From a virus: a stretch of DNA of 38,109 nt. The stretch lies in IMG/VR virus record IMGVR_UViG_3300038427_000658; one strand, written 5' to 3'. Shown here piece after piece: positions 1 to 8,347 of this stretch. The first letter of the stretch is position 1; every line of letters starts with the position of its first letter. A model generated the notes under the pieces. That model searched no databases. It saw only the letters and a list, made by a program, of their open reading frames with translations, and was not told the origin of the DNA. Position numbers and translations under genes: made by a program.

Positions 1-363
1 CACGTACTCTTGAAATGTCATTTCTGGAACAATCCACTTTGATAAGGGCCATCCGTACGTGGGCCACTTACAGGTAACTTCAAGTTTGGCGTGAAGATTT
101 TTCATAAACAGAATTTCGAGGTGTCGTGCTCCTAAACCGAAAATTTGCTCCAGTGCGTTCGAAAAATCACTTAGTCTACTGGGTATTTCCTGTTTTCTAA
201 TCTTGAAAAGGTCTTCGAGGTGAGAATAAATTGACATTTTTGCACTTTCTCCTAAAGTAGAAAAAGCTTCATCAATCGAGCTCAGTAGGATTTGTTCAAA
301 TTTTTTGCCACTATGATTCTTGTCCAAGTGTTCATCCCAACAAGTGCCTTTTTCTATTTCCAC
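1..363 (-). CDS. Host gene (partial, runs off the window edge): small alpha-helical protein of a family I recognise as common in Bathyarchaeia/Nitrososphaeria (NitrOD/DUF3227-like)
   Basis: Not in the ORF track. Manual translation from GTG at 363 is open to base 1: ...KKFEQILLSSIDEAFSTLGESAKMSIYSHLEDLFKIRKQEIPSRLSDFSNALEQIFGLGARHLEILFMKNLHAKL... Confidence 0.7.
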   Translation of the reverse strand, partial: MEIEKGTCWDEHLDKNHSGKKFEQILLSSIDEAFSTLGESAKMSIYSHLEDLFKIRKQEIPSRLSDFSNALEQIFGLGARHLEILFMKNLHAKLEVTCKWPTYGWPLSKWIVPEMTFQEYV

Positions 364-717
364 AGGTACCTTGTGGACCTAACTTTTTGAGCATAATTCT
401 AAAATGGGAAGAAGATAGTAAAGGATTATGAATTTCTAATTCTAACTGCTAATACACCAAGTTCTCTTAAACGATTAAGCAAGTGAAATAATGCTGAACA
501 CGTTAATCCATCTTTTTTAATCTTGACAATTGAAGCCATTAATCAAGATTATTGTCAATCCGCTCGCTCCAAAAAGTGGCCTCTATTTTTGAATATTCAA
601 AATAAATTTGCAGTCTATATTATAAATTAACAAGCTATTAATTGCAATTTTTTATTTTTTTATCTAATTGATTGGAGAATAAATACAGGCAAAAAACATA
701 GACCCGAGCAAGTAAAT

Positions 718-933
718 ATGACTAGACCTACGGAAGAAGTACAAGAATCGACAGCCTATGCTGCAATTATAGACACATCGACCAAGGAACCAATCGACAA
801 AAAAAGTTTACTTAAACTTCTCAAATCGCACCGAGTGAAAACTACATACATTGAAAACTCGGAAATCTCTATGGAAGAAATCATTCCTACATTGAAGAAG
901 GCTAAAGTGAACATACCTGAAACTTTTTTCTGA
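718..933 (+). CDS. Hypothetical protein in the host flank, possibly a gene remnant
   Basis: 71-aa ORF after an AT-rich intergenic stretch; no recognisable motif. Confidence 0.3.
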   Translation: MTRPTEEVQESTAYAAIIDTSTKEPIDKKSLLKLLKSHRVKTTYIENSEISMEEIIPTLKKAKVNIPETFF

Positions 934-1397
934 GAACTAGCTTTTCAATCAGGGCTATCCTTTCTGGAACATTCCCAAATTAAAAAAATATACCAAAGCG
1001 AACAAAAAAGCAAGCTTATAACAATTCTACCATACCCAATCGTCAGCAAATACAAAATCATCTCACTAGAAATAAAAAAACCATTCTACTGGGACAAAAC
1101 CAGCCACGGCGTGTCGAAAGCGACAAAGTCAACTTCATGGTCTAATACATCCGCATCTGGAAAAGCCTAAAGTGAAATATCCTGGGCAACTAAATAAACG
1201 GAATGAAGGGGGAAACGCTCTTCATGCGTCAATAGACCGACTTTTACTTGGGAAACAAGACGAACCAAACACCATTATCTACAATAGCTGGATTCGAATA
1301 GGTCACAGAGATGGAACGGAGTTAAACTCTTCAGGAAAAGGAAATAAACCTCAGAGCAGTTTCCTCTACATCGCCTCAGGTTCCCGGTCTGCCGTAC

Positions 1398-1423
1398 GGG
1401 GCCGTCGTCTAGCATGGATTAGG
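1398..1423 (+). pseudogene. 5' fragment of an archaeal tRNA (Pro-like); candidate attL core
   Basis: GGGGCCGTCGTCTAGCATGGATTAGG matches the acceptor 5' strand and D-arm of Thermoproteota-type tRNA-Pro. No anticodon arm or T-arm follows. It lies at the host/virus compositional boundary. Confidence 0.5.
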
Positions 1424-1500
1424 CTCTCGCTGGAGATATCTCCACTAGCTTTTCTGCGGTTTTCCCTTTTTTTTGTTTTGGCAGCCAGGAGGCTTTTTGC

Positions 1501-1789
1501 TTGATTGATTCTGAGTGGTTGAATTCTCCTGGTCCTTATGTGCAGTATACTTACTCGGCTGATCCGCGGCTTGTCTCAATTATTCGGCGCCATGGCTTCG
1601 CTTTTGATGAGTGTTTTTGGTTTTGGATTCCGAAAACTAAGCGGGGGGGGGGCTGAGCTTCCAATGTTGATGGTTAAGCGTGCTCCTCTATGGACCTACC
1701 CAACTAAATCGGTTCCTGCTGAGAAGGCGCAGCGTAAGAAGGCTGCTCAGTTAGGAAATCAGCGTAAGCTTTTGGAGGTATCTGTATGA
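1501..1789 (+). pseudogene. Gene frameshifted at a poly-G tract (95 aa if the tract were G9)
   Basis: GGAGG 8 nt upstream of TTG at 1501. The frame is open (MIDSEWLNSPGPYVQY...WIPKTKRGGG) to TGA at 1654-1656, just after the G10 run. The +1 frame continues AELPMLMVKR...EVSV to 1789, overlapping the next ATG. Confidence 0.65.
1643..1652 (+). repeat. G10 homopolymer tract
   Basis: Directly visible: ...actaagc gggggggggg ctgag... Confidence 0.95.
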
Positions 1790-2304
1790 ATATTATTTTT
1801 ATTCGTCTTGAGCAACCTCTTAACAAATACACTTTCAAAGCGCCTAAAATCAGGAAGTGGGTAGAAGAGCAATGCAGAGAAAAGTTTACTCTTAATTTGT
1901 TTGCTGGTCCTACTGTTTTGCATGGTTTTCCAATAATAACAAACGATCTGAATGAAGCATTCCCTACTAGCTACCACATGGATGCTCTTGATTGCGTAAA
2001 CATGCTCAAAAAAGAGGGCGTAAAGGTCAAGCGAGTTCTTCTCGATCCGCCTTATAGTTATCGTAAAAGCATGGAGTTGTACCAAGGTAAGTATAACAGC
2101 CGTTTCAAGCAACTCCTTGATGTTCTTCCTGAGGTTTTGGCATCTGATGGCTGGGTGATTACTTTTGGTTATCAAAGCTCAGTTATGAGTAGAAAAAGAG
2201 GGTTTGCCATCCGAGAAATTTGTTTAATCTCCCATGGTGGGGCTCAACATGACACGATTGCTACTGTAGAAGAAAGAATCAACAATTTGGAGGTTATTTC
2301 TTGA
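1786..2304 (+). CDS. Small amino (N6A/N4C) DNA methyltransferase-like protein
   Basis: SAM-binding-like LNLFAG and catalytic-type LLDPPY motifs; 172 aa, no obvious target-recognition domain. Confidence 0.7.
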   Translation: MNIIFIRLEQPLNKYTFKAPKIRKWVEEQCREKFTLNLFAGPTVLHGFPIITNDLNEAFPTSYHMDALDCVNMLKKEGVKVKRVLLDPPYSYRKSMELYQGKYNSRFKQLLDVLPEVLASDGWVITFGYQSSVMSRKRGFAIREICLISHGGAQHDTIATVEERINNLEVIS

Positions 2305-2510
2305 GTGAAACTGAATCCTACCGTGAAGACGTTGAAACTTTCTGCAGTAAGCGGCGTTGTCAGGTTTTGATTTTACTACGTACATCCCAGGAGCCTACAG
2401 GTGGCATGATTACGGGTGTGCCTGATTCCTGCAATTTTGAAGGGGATTGTAGCAAGGGTGCATTGTGCCTTTTGAAAGCTAGGCAAATAACTACGGGGAG
2501 GAAACGATGA
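2301..2510 (+). CDS. Small Cys-rich hypothetical protein (contains a repeat-element arm)
   Basis: Overlaps flanking genes at TTGA/ATGA junctions, consistent with translational coupling. Confidence 0.4.
   Translation: MSETESYREDVETFCSKRRCQVLILLRTSQEPTGGMITGVPDSCNFEGDCSKGALCLLKARQITTGRKR
2374..2385 (+). repeat. Left arm of the dispersed quasi-palindromic element
   Basis: Exact TACTACGTACAT. Confidence 0.85.
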
Positions 2511-2674
2511 TGGGTCGTTTTAAGTGTTCTAGTGCTTCTTGCGGTAAAACTTTCCTGGTGCCTGCTAAAATTATTACGGAACGTAAGTCGCTTGATTTTA
2601 CTGCTTCTCGGACTGTGGTTGAGAAGGCTTGTTGTCCGTTTTGTGAAGGCCTTGAGTTTGAGGAGGTTTCTTGA
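2507..2674 (+). CDS. Small Zn-ribbon protein (55 aa)
   Basis: Manual translation MMGRFKCSSASCGKTF...KACCPFCEGLEFEEVS; coupled to neighbouring genes. Confidence 0.65.
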   Translation: MMGRFKCSSASCGKTFLVPAKIITERKSLDFTASRTVVEKACCPFCEGLEFEEVS

Positions 2675-3394
2675 TTGAATAGAACTAAGATTGAGTACCT
2701 TGATTATACTTGGAATCCGATTGTTGGTTGCAGTGGCGTTGGTTGTGCTGTTGCTGGGGTTTGTTGGGCTAAGGGTCAAGGCAAGCGCCAAAAGCCTCGA
2801 GTAGATAGGAACGGGAAGAAGAGAGGCTGCCAGGATTGCTATGATTTTAAGCCTCATTATCATTATGAGCGTTTTAGGCAGCCGTTAGCGGTTAAGAAGC
2901 CTAGTCGCGTTGGTGTTGGCTTCATGGGTGACTTGTTTGATTCTGCCTTCAACATTACCGTTCATCAGCAACTTTTCGGTGTTATGGCTCAGGCTTCCTG
3001 GCATACTTTCCTCGTGTTAACTAAGCAGTCTAAGAACATGCTTACTTTTGTGGATGATTGGATGTCTCCGCCTGCTAACGCTTGGCTGGGTGTCAGTGTT
3101 AACCGCAAGCAGGATCTCTATAGAATTGATAATTTGTTGGCTACTGAGGCGGAAGTAAAGTTTGTTAGTTTTGAGCCGCTTTACGAGGACCTTGGCCCTG
3201 TGGATCTGTCAGGCATTGATTGGGTAATTATTGGAGCTCAGCGTAGGCCTACGATTCAGCCTGAGAAAAACTGGGTTGCTAATTTGATTATGAAGGGCAT
3301 GGATGCTGGCGCCGCGATCTTTCTGAAGAATAACTTGGCTTGCATTAACGAGTTTAGTCGTCGTTTGCAGGAGATCCCGGAGGTAGAGGAGTAA
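2675..3394 (+). CDS. DUF5131 / phage Gp37-Gp68 family radical-SAM-like protein
   Basis: TKIEYLDYTWNPIVGCSGVGC...CWA, FMGDLF, FLVLTK, WLGVSV, FVSFEPL, IDWVIIG motifs. Confidence 0.85.
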   Translation: MNRTKIEYLDYTWNPIVGCSGVGCAVAGVCWAKGQGKRQKPRVDRNGKKRGCQDCYDFKPHYHYERFRQPLAVKKPSRVGVGFMGDLFDSAFNITVHQQLFGVMAQASWHTFLVLTKQSKNMLTFVDDWMSPPANAWLGVSVNRKQDLYRIDNLLATEAEVKFVSFEPLYEDLGPVDLSGIDWVIIGAQRRPTIQPEKNWVANLIMKGMDAGAAIFLKNNLACINEFSRRLQEIPEVEE

Positions 3395-3474
3395 ATGAGC
3401 GGGAAGGTTTGTCGTAAGAAGGCCAGGCGTGAGGGCCGTTTTTGGGTTTGCGATTGCGGTTATAAGGAGATGGC

Positions 3475-3816
3475 TTGAGCATGTGGGTTTGTTTGAATGA
3501 TGAGGGTAAGCGGGTTTGGGGTGATGTCTTTCCAGATGGTAAGGTGCCCGTTTGTTCCATGAATTTCTTCGATGCAAAGCTAGACAATGATCGTTTGGCG
3601 CGGGTCGTTATGGTTAATTTTGCTGCTTTGTCTTCTGCGCAGAAAGATGCTGTCTTGAATAAGTTTGTTGATGTGTGTGGCGTTCCTAAGGGCGCTTTGC
3701 AGAGTCGCCTGCGTTTGAGAAACGAGATTCTAAAGGATATTTTTTCGATTGGCCTTCCGCTGCGGGAATGTTATACGACTGGGGTTGTGGCTGCTGAGTT
3801 GAGGTTCTTCATTTAG
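3475..3816 (+). CDS. Hypothetical protein
   Basis: 113-aa ORF in the operon. Confidence 0.6.
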   Translation: MSMWVCLNDEGKRVWGDVFPDGKVPVCSMNFFDAKLDNDRLARVVMVNFAALSSAQKDAVLNKFVDVCGVPKGALQSRLRLRNEILKDIFSIGLPLRECYTTGVVAAELRFFI

Positions 3817-3828
3817 GAGCTGCATTTT

Positions 3829-4713
3829 TTGTCTGAGTCTGGTCAAAGTACAAAAGTCGCGCCTAAAAAGTACAAAGTACAATTTGACACTGAGAAGGTT
3901 CGCACTTGGGTCCTTCCGCTACTGCGGAGAATTGACGCTGGAGATTATCCTGCTAAGGCTGGGCGCATCATTGGTTTAAGTCGTCAACATGTCGGGTACT
4001 ACATCAGGAAGCTTGAGGAGTGCGGCTTGATCCATCGGGAGAAGCGCAGCAACGTTGTTTTTTATGAGCTTACCAATGCAGGTACAAGTCTTCTCAAGTC
4101 ATGTGAGGGGAGGGTGTTTCCTGGGGAGTTGCATCGTTTGGATAAGTGTCAGGTGTCTTTTGTTGTTGTTCGTGAGGGGTTGTATCCGGATAGGGATTTT
4201 AAGAAAGTGGAGATGGTGAATTGGACTGCTCTTCTTGGCTTGGAGCTTGGTGTTAAGGTTCGTCATACTTCGCGTAGTTGGATTGTGCATGTTCCTGTTA
4301 TTCGGGGTAGGAATCCTGCTGAGGTGTATGGTTTGGCGATGAATTTGGCTAATCGTGTGGCTGCTGCGTTAGGCAAAAAGTATGGGGTTGTTTTGTGTGA
4401 GGGCAAGTTTGTCGGTGGCGAAATGGCTGTTGAGGACCCTGTAGCTAAAATGTTTGGCAGGTATTTTTCTGTGCGGACTAAGCAGCGGAAGATTGATCAT
4501 AGTTTTGGTGAGGGTGAACTTGAGAATTTGGGGAAGGATGCGGTTATTGATTATTTGCAGATGCCTGAGAAAGTTAAGAAAATTGAGAGCAGTGTTGAAC
4601 GTTTGGCGTATAATGTTGTTAAGTTAACTGAAGCGTTGGGCGGGCTTAGCGACCTTGAGGATTCGAAGCGGCTTGCTGAAGGCCAGAGGAAACTTGGAGA
4701 TTACGTTAGATGA
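3829..4713 (+). CDS. N-terminal winged-HTH protein with an uncharacterised C-terminal domain (candidate replication or regulatory protein)
   Basis: AGRIIGLSRQHVGYYIRKLEECGLIHREKRSNVVFYELT is a MarR/ArsR-type wHTH; the C-terminal part has KIDHSFGEGELE and a short coiled coil. Confidence 0.7.
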   Translation: MSESGQSTKVAPKKYKVQFDTEKVRTWVLPLLRRIDAGDYPAKAGRIIGLSRQHVGYYIRKLEECGLIHREKRSNVVFYELTNAGTSLLKSCEGRVFPGELHRLDKCQVSFVVVREGLYPDRDFKKVEMVNWTALLGLELGVKVRHTSRSWIVHVPVIRGRNPAEVYGLAMNLANRVAAALGKKYGVVLCEGKFVGGEMAVEDPVAKMFGRYFSVRTKQRKIDHSFGEGELENLGKDAVIDYLQMPEKVKKIESSVERLAYNVVKLTEALGGLSDLEDSKRLAEGQRKLGDYVR

Positions 4714-4958
4714 AGTTGATTTCTGTGCATCTTCCTGAGACTTACATTCGGTTGCTTGATGAGTTGGTTGCTGAGCGGTTTTATCCTAATCGTGCGGAGG
4801 CTATTCGCATGTTTATTCGGATTGGGCTTTCTGAGCATGACCGGTTCAGGCCTAAGACGGATTATAGGTCTCCAGGTGAAAAGAAGTTAACTGCTGTTGA
4901 GCGGCTTGTTGAGTTGCAGAGCCGGAAGAGTCCGCTTCAGAGAAAGGAGGTTTCTTGA
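4710..4958 (+). CDS. Ribbon-helix-helix (CopG/Arc/MetJ-type) regulator
   Basis: MKLISVHLPETYIRLLDELVAERFYPNRAEAIRMFIR. Confidence 0.85.
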   Translation: MKLISVHLPETYIRLLDELVAERFYPNRAEAIRMFIRIGLSEHDRFRPKTDYRSPGEKKLTAVERLVELQSRKSPLQRKEVS

Positions 4959-4964
4959 TTGATT

Positions 4965-5000
4965 TACTACGTACATTCTAAGGCACATAAGTGCGGGGTA
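4965..5000 (+). repeat. Quasi-palindromic element whose degenerate right arm overlaps the tRNA 5' end
   Basis: Exact left arm at 4965-4976, 12-nt spacer, then AAGTGCGGGGTA (9/12 match to ATGTACGTGGTA). Confidence 0.7.
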
Positions 5001-5070
5001 GCTCAGCCAGGACTAGGGCGCATGGCCCATAACCATGAGATCGAGGGTTCAAATCCTTCCCCCGCAACCA
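4992..5070 (+). tRNA. tRNA with CAT anticodon (Met-type, initiator-like backbone, atypical), with encoded CCA
   Basis: Manual cloverleaf: acceptor TGCGGGG/CCCCGCA, D-stem GCTC/GGGC, anticodon stem CATGG/CCATG with loop CC-CAT-AA, T-arm GAGGG-TTCAAAT-CCTTC, discriminator A, CCA. Confidence 0.9.
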
Positions 5071-5079
5071 AGACCTGTG

Positions 5080-5124
5080 ATGTACGTGGTAGGGTTTTCT
5101 GTGCCCTGTCTGATGTACGTGGTA
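5080..5124 (+). repeat. Two tandem right arms of the dispersed element
   Basis: Exact ATGTACGTGGTA at 5080-5091 and 5113-5124. Confidence 0.85.
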
Positions 5125-5264
5125 TTGTGTTTTTGGATGTGAATGCCTGTTTAAATTTTTTTAGAGGTGTTTTTCGGGGTGTTTTTGCATGGGAAAAGTC
5201 CATGCTTTTGTCTTGGAGGTTTCGATAGTGGTTAGTCCTGATTGCGGGCACTATATTTCTGTTA

Positions 5265-5840
5265 ATGTTGATGGAGTGGATTGCCTTGGCTGAACATGTT
5301 GAGCAAGGTTTAGGCGTTGAGCCTGTTCAAACAGCCGAAAAAGTGGCTGAAAAAGTTAAAAAGAAGCGTAGTCAAAGCGATAAAGTTGGCATAAACAGGT
5401 ATAATCAGCAGTTGCTTAAGCAGGCGTTGGCATGCATTGAGGATATTAAGATGGAGTTACGTTGGGTTCGGCATAAACTTGACAGGTTAGGTGAGGCAGA
5501 TTATTCTCAGTCTGACGTTGAGCATTTTGCGGTTCAAGACGAGGTTGATAAGGAGATTGTTCAGAGGCTTCTTGAGGTAGGCGTGGATGGGGCGTTGCCT
5601 AAGGATGTGGCTGCCGAGGTGAATAAGCGCGGCGGCTACAATTTGAAGTATTATGAGGTAAGTCGCAGGCTGGTCCGGTTGAATAAGCGTTTGCATTTTG
5701 AGACTGGCAAGGTGCTGTTTGAGAAGCGTGGGCACAGGTGGGCTTTGACAAAGTTTGCCTTCGAAGTTTATGGCGAATCTGAAAGCGATATCGCTTCACG
5801 TGCACCTGAATCAGTAGATTCTGAAGAGGAAAAGGCTTAG
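5265..5840 (+). CDS. Hypothetical protein with a coiled coil and a probable C-terminal wHTH
   Basis: 191-aa ORF; C-terminal helix-helix-beta-hairpin pattern (VSRRLVRLNKRL...VLFEKRGHRWALT). Confidence 0.65.
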   Translation: MLMEWIALAEHVEQGLGVEPVQTAEKVAEKVKKKRSQSDKVGINRYNQQLLKQALACIEDIKMELRWVRHKLDRLGEADYSQSDVEHFAVQDEVDKEIVQRLLEVGVDGALPKDVAAEVNKRGGYNLKYYEVSRRLVRLNKRLHFETGKVLFEKRGHRWALTKFAFEVYGESESDIASRAPESVDSEEEKA

Positions 5841-5912
5841 AATTGGCGGTTTTTGGGTTTGGGGCTTGTTTTGGGGCACAGCAACAGTTATAAGCAAATT
5901 GTTGTGATAGGT

Positions 5913-5924
5913 TACTACGTACAT
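5913..5924 (+). repeat. Left arm of the dispersed element (right arm degenerate)
   Basis: Exact TACTACGTACAT followed by spacer-like AGGCAGCCTTGG. Confidence 0.85.
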
Positions 5925-6006
5925 AGGCAGCCTTGGGAAAAGCGGTAAGTCTCTCTCCCAAGGCGGGCTTGCTGTTTTTCTCAGGGTTGTCCTCTATAAT
6001 GTTCTT

Positions 6007-6267
6007 GTGCCGCCGTTTGAGTGGCGTTACGGAAGAGTTTTTATGGTGCATAAACGAAGCAAGGATAAGTTGTTGAAGAGGCAGATTCGCAGGATAATCT
6101 ATGCGTCAAGTTTTGATGATAGGATTATCTGTGAAACTATTAGTCAGGTTTCTCGGGAAGAGGTCCTGCCGCTTTTGGCTCAGCCTGTTCGCCTCAGTGA
6201 TGTGCCTGATGTTGAGAAGGGCGAAGTTTTGGTTAATAGTTATGGCCAGGGGAGTTTTCAGCGGTAA
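6007..6267 (+). CDS. Hypothetical protein
   Basis: 86-aa ORF, start uncertain. Confidence 0.45.
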   Translation: MPPFEWRYGRVFMVHKRSKDKLLKRQIRRIIYASSFDDRIICETISQVSREEVLPLLAQPVRLSDVPDVEKGEVLVNSYGQGSFQR

Positions 6268-6384
6268 AAAGACTGGCTAGCGTTTTGCCGCTATTTTCAG
6301 CCAAAAAGTGAGGTTTTACCATGCTTTTGCCACTTTTTGGAGCAAATTTGTCTCAAAACGCTAGTGGGTTGATGGTGGAAAAAC

Positions 6385-6819
6385 GTGAAAAATATGCAAG
6401 TTACGTTGAGTAAACGGGTTTCTAATAGGATTTGTGCGTCTCGTAGGATTTTGCATGTTGATACTCAGCGGACGCGTAAGAAGTTGATTGAGCAGTTAGA
6501 GGTAGTTTTCTCGACTGCGAGTAATTACGCGCGTGGCAATGTTACTTGGGTAACTGGTGAGGATGGTAAAAGGCGTCCTTTAACGGTTCTTGAGCGTCAG
6601 TGGTGGGCGAAAATCGCAGCGCAGACTGCTCAGACCATAAATAACATTGCTAGGGGTTTTGATGAGCGTCAGATTGATGATCAGCTGAATTTGTTGGAGA
6701 TGATGTTGAATAAAGCTCCGTCAGCGAACCAAGTTCCAGCAGCTTCTGGACCAGAAAAAGCAGAGGGAAAGCCGGCAGGCGCAGGCGTTGGCCAAGGCGC
6801 AGCCGTTGCAGCTTCCTAG
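6385..6819 (+). CDS. Candidate terminase small subunit
   Basis: Helical 144-aa protein immediately upstream of and overlapping TerL; call is by position only. Confidence 0.45.
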   Translation: MKNMQVTLSKRVSNRICASRRILHVDTQRTRKKLIEQLEVVFSTASNYARGNVTWVTGEDGKRRPLTVLERQWWAKIAAQTAQTINNIARGFDERQIDDQLNLLEMMLNKAPSANQVPAASGPEKAEGKPAGAGVGQGAAVAAS

Positions 6820-8146
6820 TGATCCTGTCGAGTTTGCTCAGTCACTTTTCGGTTTTACCGCGAAGAGTTATCAGGTTGAGCTGCTGCGGGATAAGAGTAA
6901 GCGTATTGTGGTTCGTTGGAGTCGGCAGGCTGGGAAGACCACTTGTATTGCTTTGCGGGCGATTTGGTTTGCATGTACGTATCCGAATACTTTGACGTTG
7001 ATTGTTGCTCCTACTTTGCGTCAGAGCATGATCATGAGTGATCGCATCCAGGATTTCTTGGCAAGTGTTCCGAAGGATAAGCGGGATTTGATTGTTGAGA
7101 AGGCGCAGCGCACTACGATTCGCTTTACTAATGGTAGTCGGATTGTGGCTTTGCCTAATAGTCCTCAGCTGCTCCGTGGCTACACTGCTCATCAAGTACT
7201 TCCTGATGAGGCCAACTTTTTCAAGGATGATCAGTTGGTCTTCTATAGTGTTATTTATCCGATGCTGTCGACTACGGATGGTACATTAATCGCGAGTAGT
7301 ACTCCTTGGAATAAAGACAGCGTTTTCTATAAGATGACTCAGGCGCCGGAGTTTAGCAAGCATACTATCACTTGTGAAGATGTTGTTAAGAGTGGGTTGT
7401 GTAAGCAGAGTTTTATTGATGAGATGCGTTCTCAGTTGCCTGCTGAGCGTTTTCAGCGGGAGTTTATGGCTGAATTCGTTGAGGACGTGGACGCTTGGCT
7501 TACTCAGAGCCTTATTGTTAACTGCATCGAAAGTAATTTGCAGCCTCTTGATTTTCAGGCCTTACCTCAGGGCGAGTTTTATGTCGGCGTTGATTTTGGT
7601 AAGGAACAGGATTTCAGTGTGGTCTTAGTGTTTGAGAAGCAAGGGCATGTGTTGCGGGTGATTCATGTTCACCGTTTTCCGCTTAAAACTGAGTATGCTA
7701 GCGTGATCGGGTATATCAAAAGTCTTCAGGACCGTTGGAAAACGGTTCGAGCTGTGTATGCAGATGTTACCGGTGTTGGTAATTATATTGTTGAGGATAT
7801 GGTTCACAGCGGGATCCAGGGCGTGGTGGGCGTAACTTTCACGGTTCAAAGCAAAGAGGAGATGGCTACTATTATGCGGGAGAAGATGCGTGGTGGCGAA
7901 GTGAAGATTCCTTATGTGCCTTCTCGGCGGATTGAGGATGTTGATTTGACGGCTGAATTGAACATTGAAAAGTACGAGCTCATGAAGACAGGGCACTTGC
8001 GCTTTAGCCATCCTGAAGGCGGTCATGATGACGTCTTTTGGAGCATGGCTTTGGCGTGTTATGGTGCTGCGCGGTCTCCGTTGCCTTCCTCAGGCGTTGG
8101 CATCGCAGTGATTAGGAAAAAGGAAAAAATAGTTGATGATGATTAA
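6788..8146 (+). CDS. terL: Terminase large subunit
   Basis: RWSRQAGKTT (Walker A), LRGYT...VLPDEANF (Walker B), ASSTPW, nuclease GVDFG and GHDDVFWSMALA. Confidence 0.95.
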   Translation: MAKAQPLQLPSDPVEFAQSLFGFTAKSYQVELLRDKSKRIVVRWSRQAGKTTCIALRAIWFACTYPNTLTLIVAPTLRQSMIMSDRIQDFLASVPKDKRDLIVEKAQRTTIRFTNGSRIVALPNSPQLLRGYTAHQVLPDEANFFKDDQLVFYSVIYPMLSTTDGTLIASSTPWNKDSVFYKMTQAPEFSKHTITCEDVVKSGLCKQSFIDEMRSQLPAERFQREFMAEFVEDVDAWLTQSLIVNCIESNLQPLDFQALPQGEFYVGVDFGKEQDFSVVLVFEKQGHVLRVIHVHRFPLKTEYASVIGYIKSLQDRWKTVRAVYADVTGVGNYIVEDMVHSGIQGVVGVTFTVQSKEEMATIMREKMRGGEVKIPYVPSRRIEDVDLTAELNIEKYELMKTGHLRFSHPEGGHDDVFWSMALACYGAARSPLPSSGVGIAVIRKKEKIVDDD

Positions 8147-8342
8147 AATGGAAAAAACTTTGTTGTCTGCAAATGCGAAGGACGAGATCGTTAAGGTTCT
8201 CGGGATTGAAGTTGCAAACGTGCGGATGGGTAAGTTGCACGTGAAAATTAACGGTGTTGACTTGATGCAGGACATGGTTTTGGATGACTTGCAGATAACT
8301 GCTGATGTTGAAGAGAAGAAAGAAGAGAAGAAGGAAGCTTAA
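8133..8342 (+). CDS. Small hypothetical protein
   Basis: 69-aa ORF between terL and portal. Confidence 0.55.
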   Translation: MMMIKMEKTLLSANAKDEIVKVLGIEVANVRMGKLHVKINGVDLMQDMVLDDLQITADVEEKKEEKKEA

Positions 8343-8347
8343 CGTAG

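Noticed and set aside
718-1170. Possible decayed ATP-grasp gene (LKKAKVNIPETF ... YPIV ... KPF..GVSK fragments in different frames)
   Set aside because: The similarity is faint, needs several frameshifts and stops, and cannot be supported without a search
1172-1504. 110-aa ORF from the track
   Set aside because: It crosses the host/virus boundary and the tRNA fragment and has no protein-like features
4959-5251. ORFs 4959-5228 (+) and 5003-5251 (-)
   Set aside because: They overlap a well-formed tRNA and repeat arms, so they were not called as CDS; the coupled start at 4959 is noted in the tRNA finding
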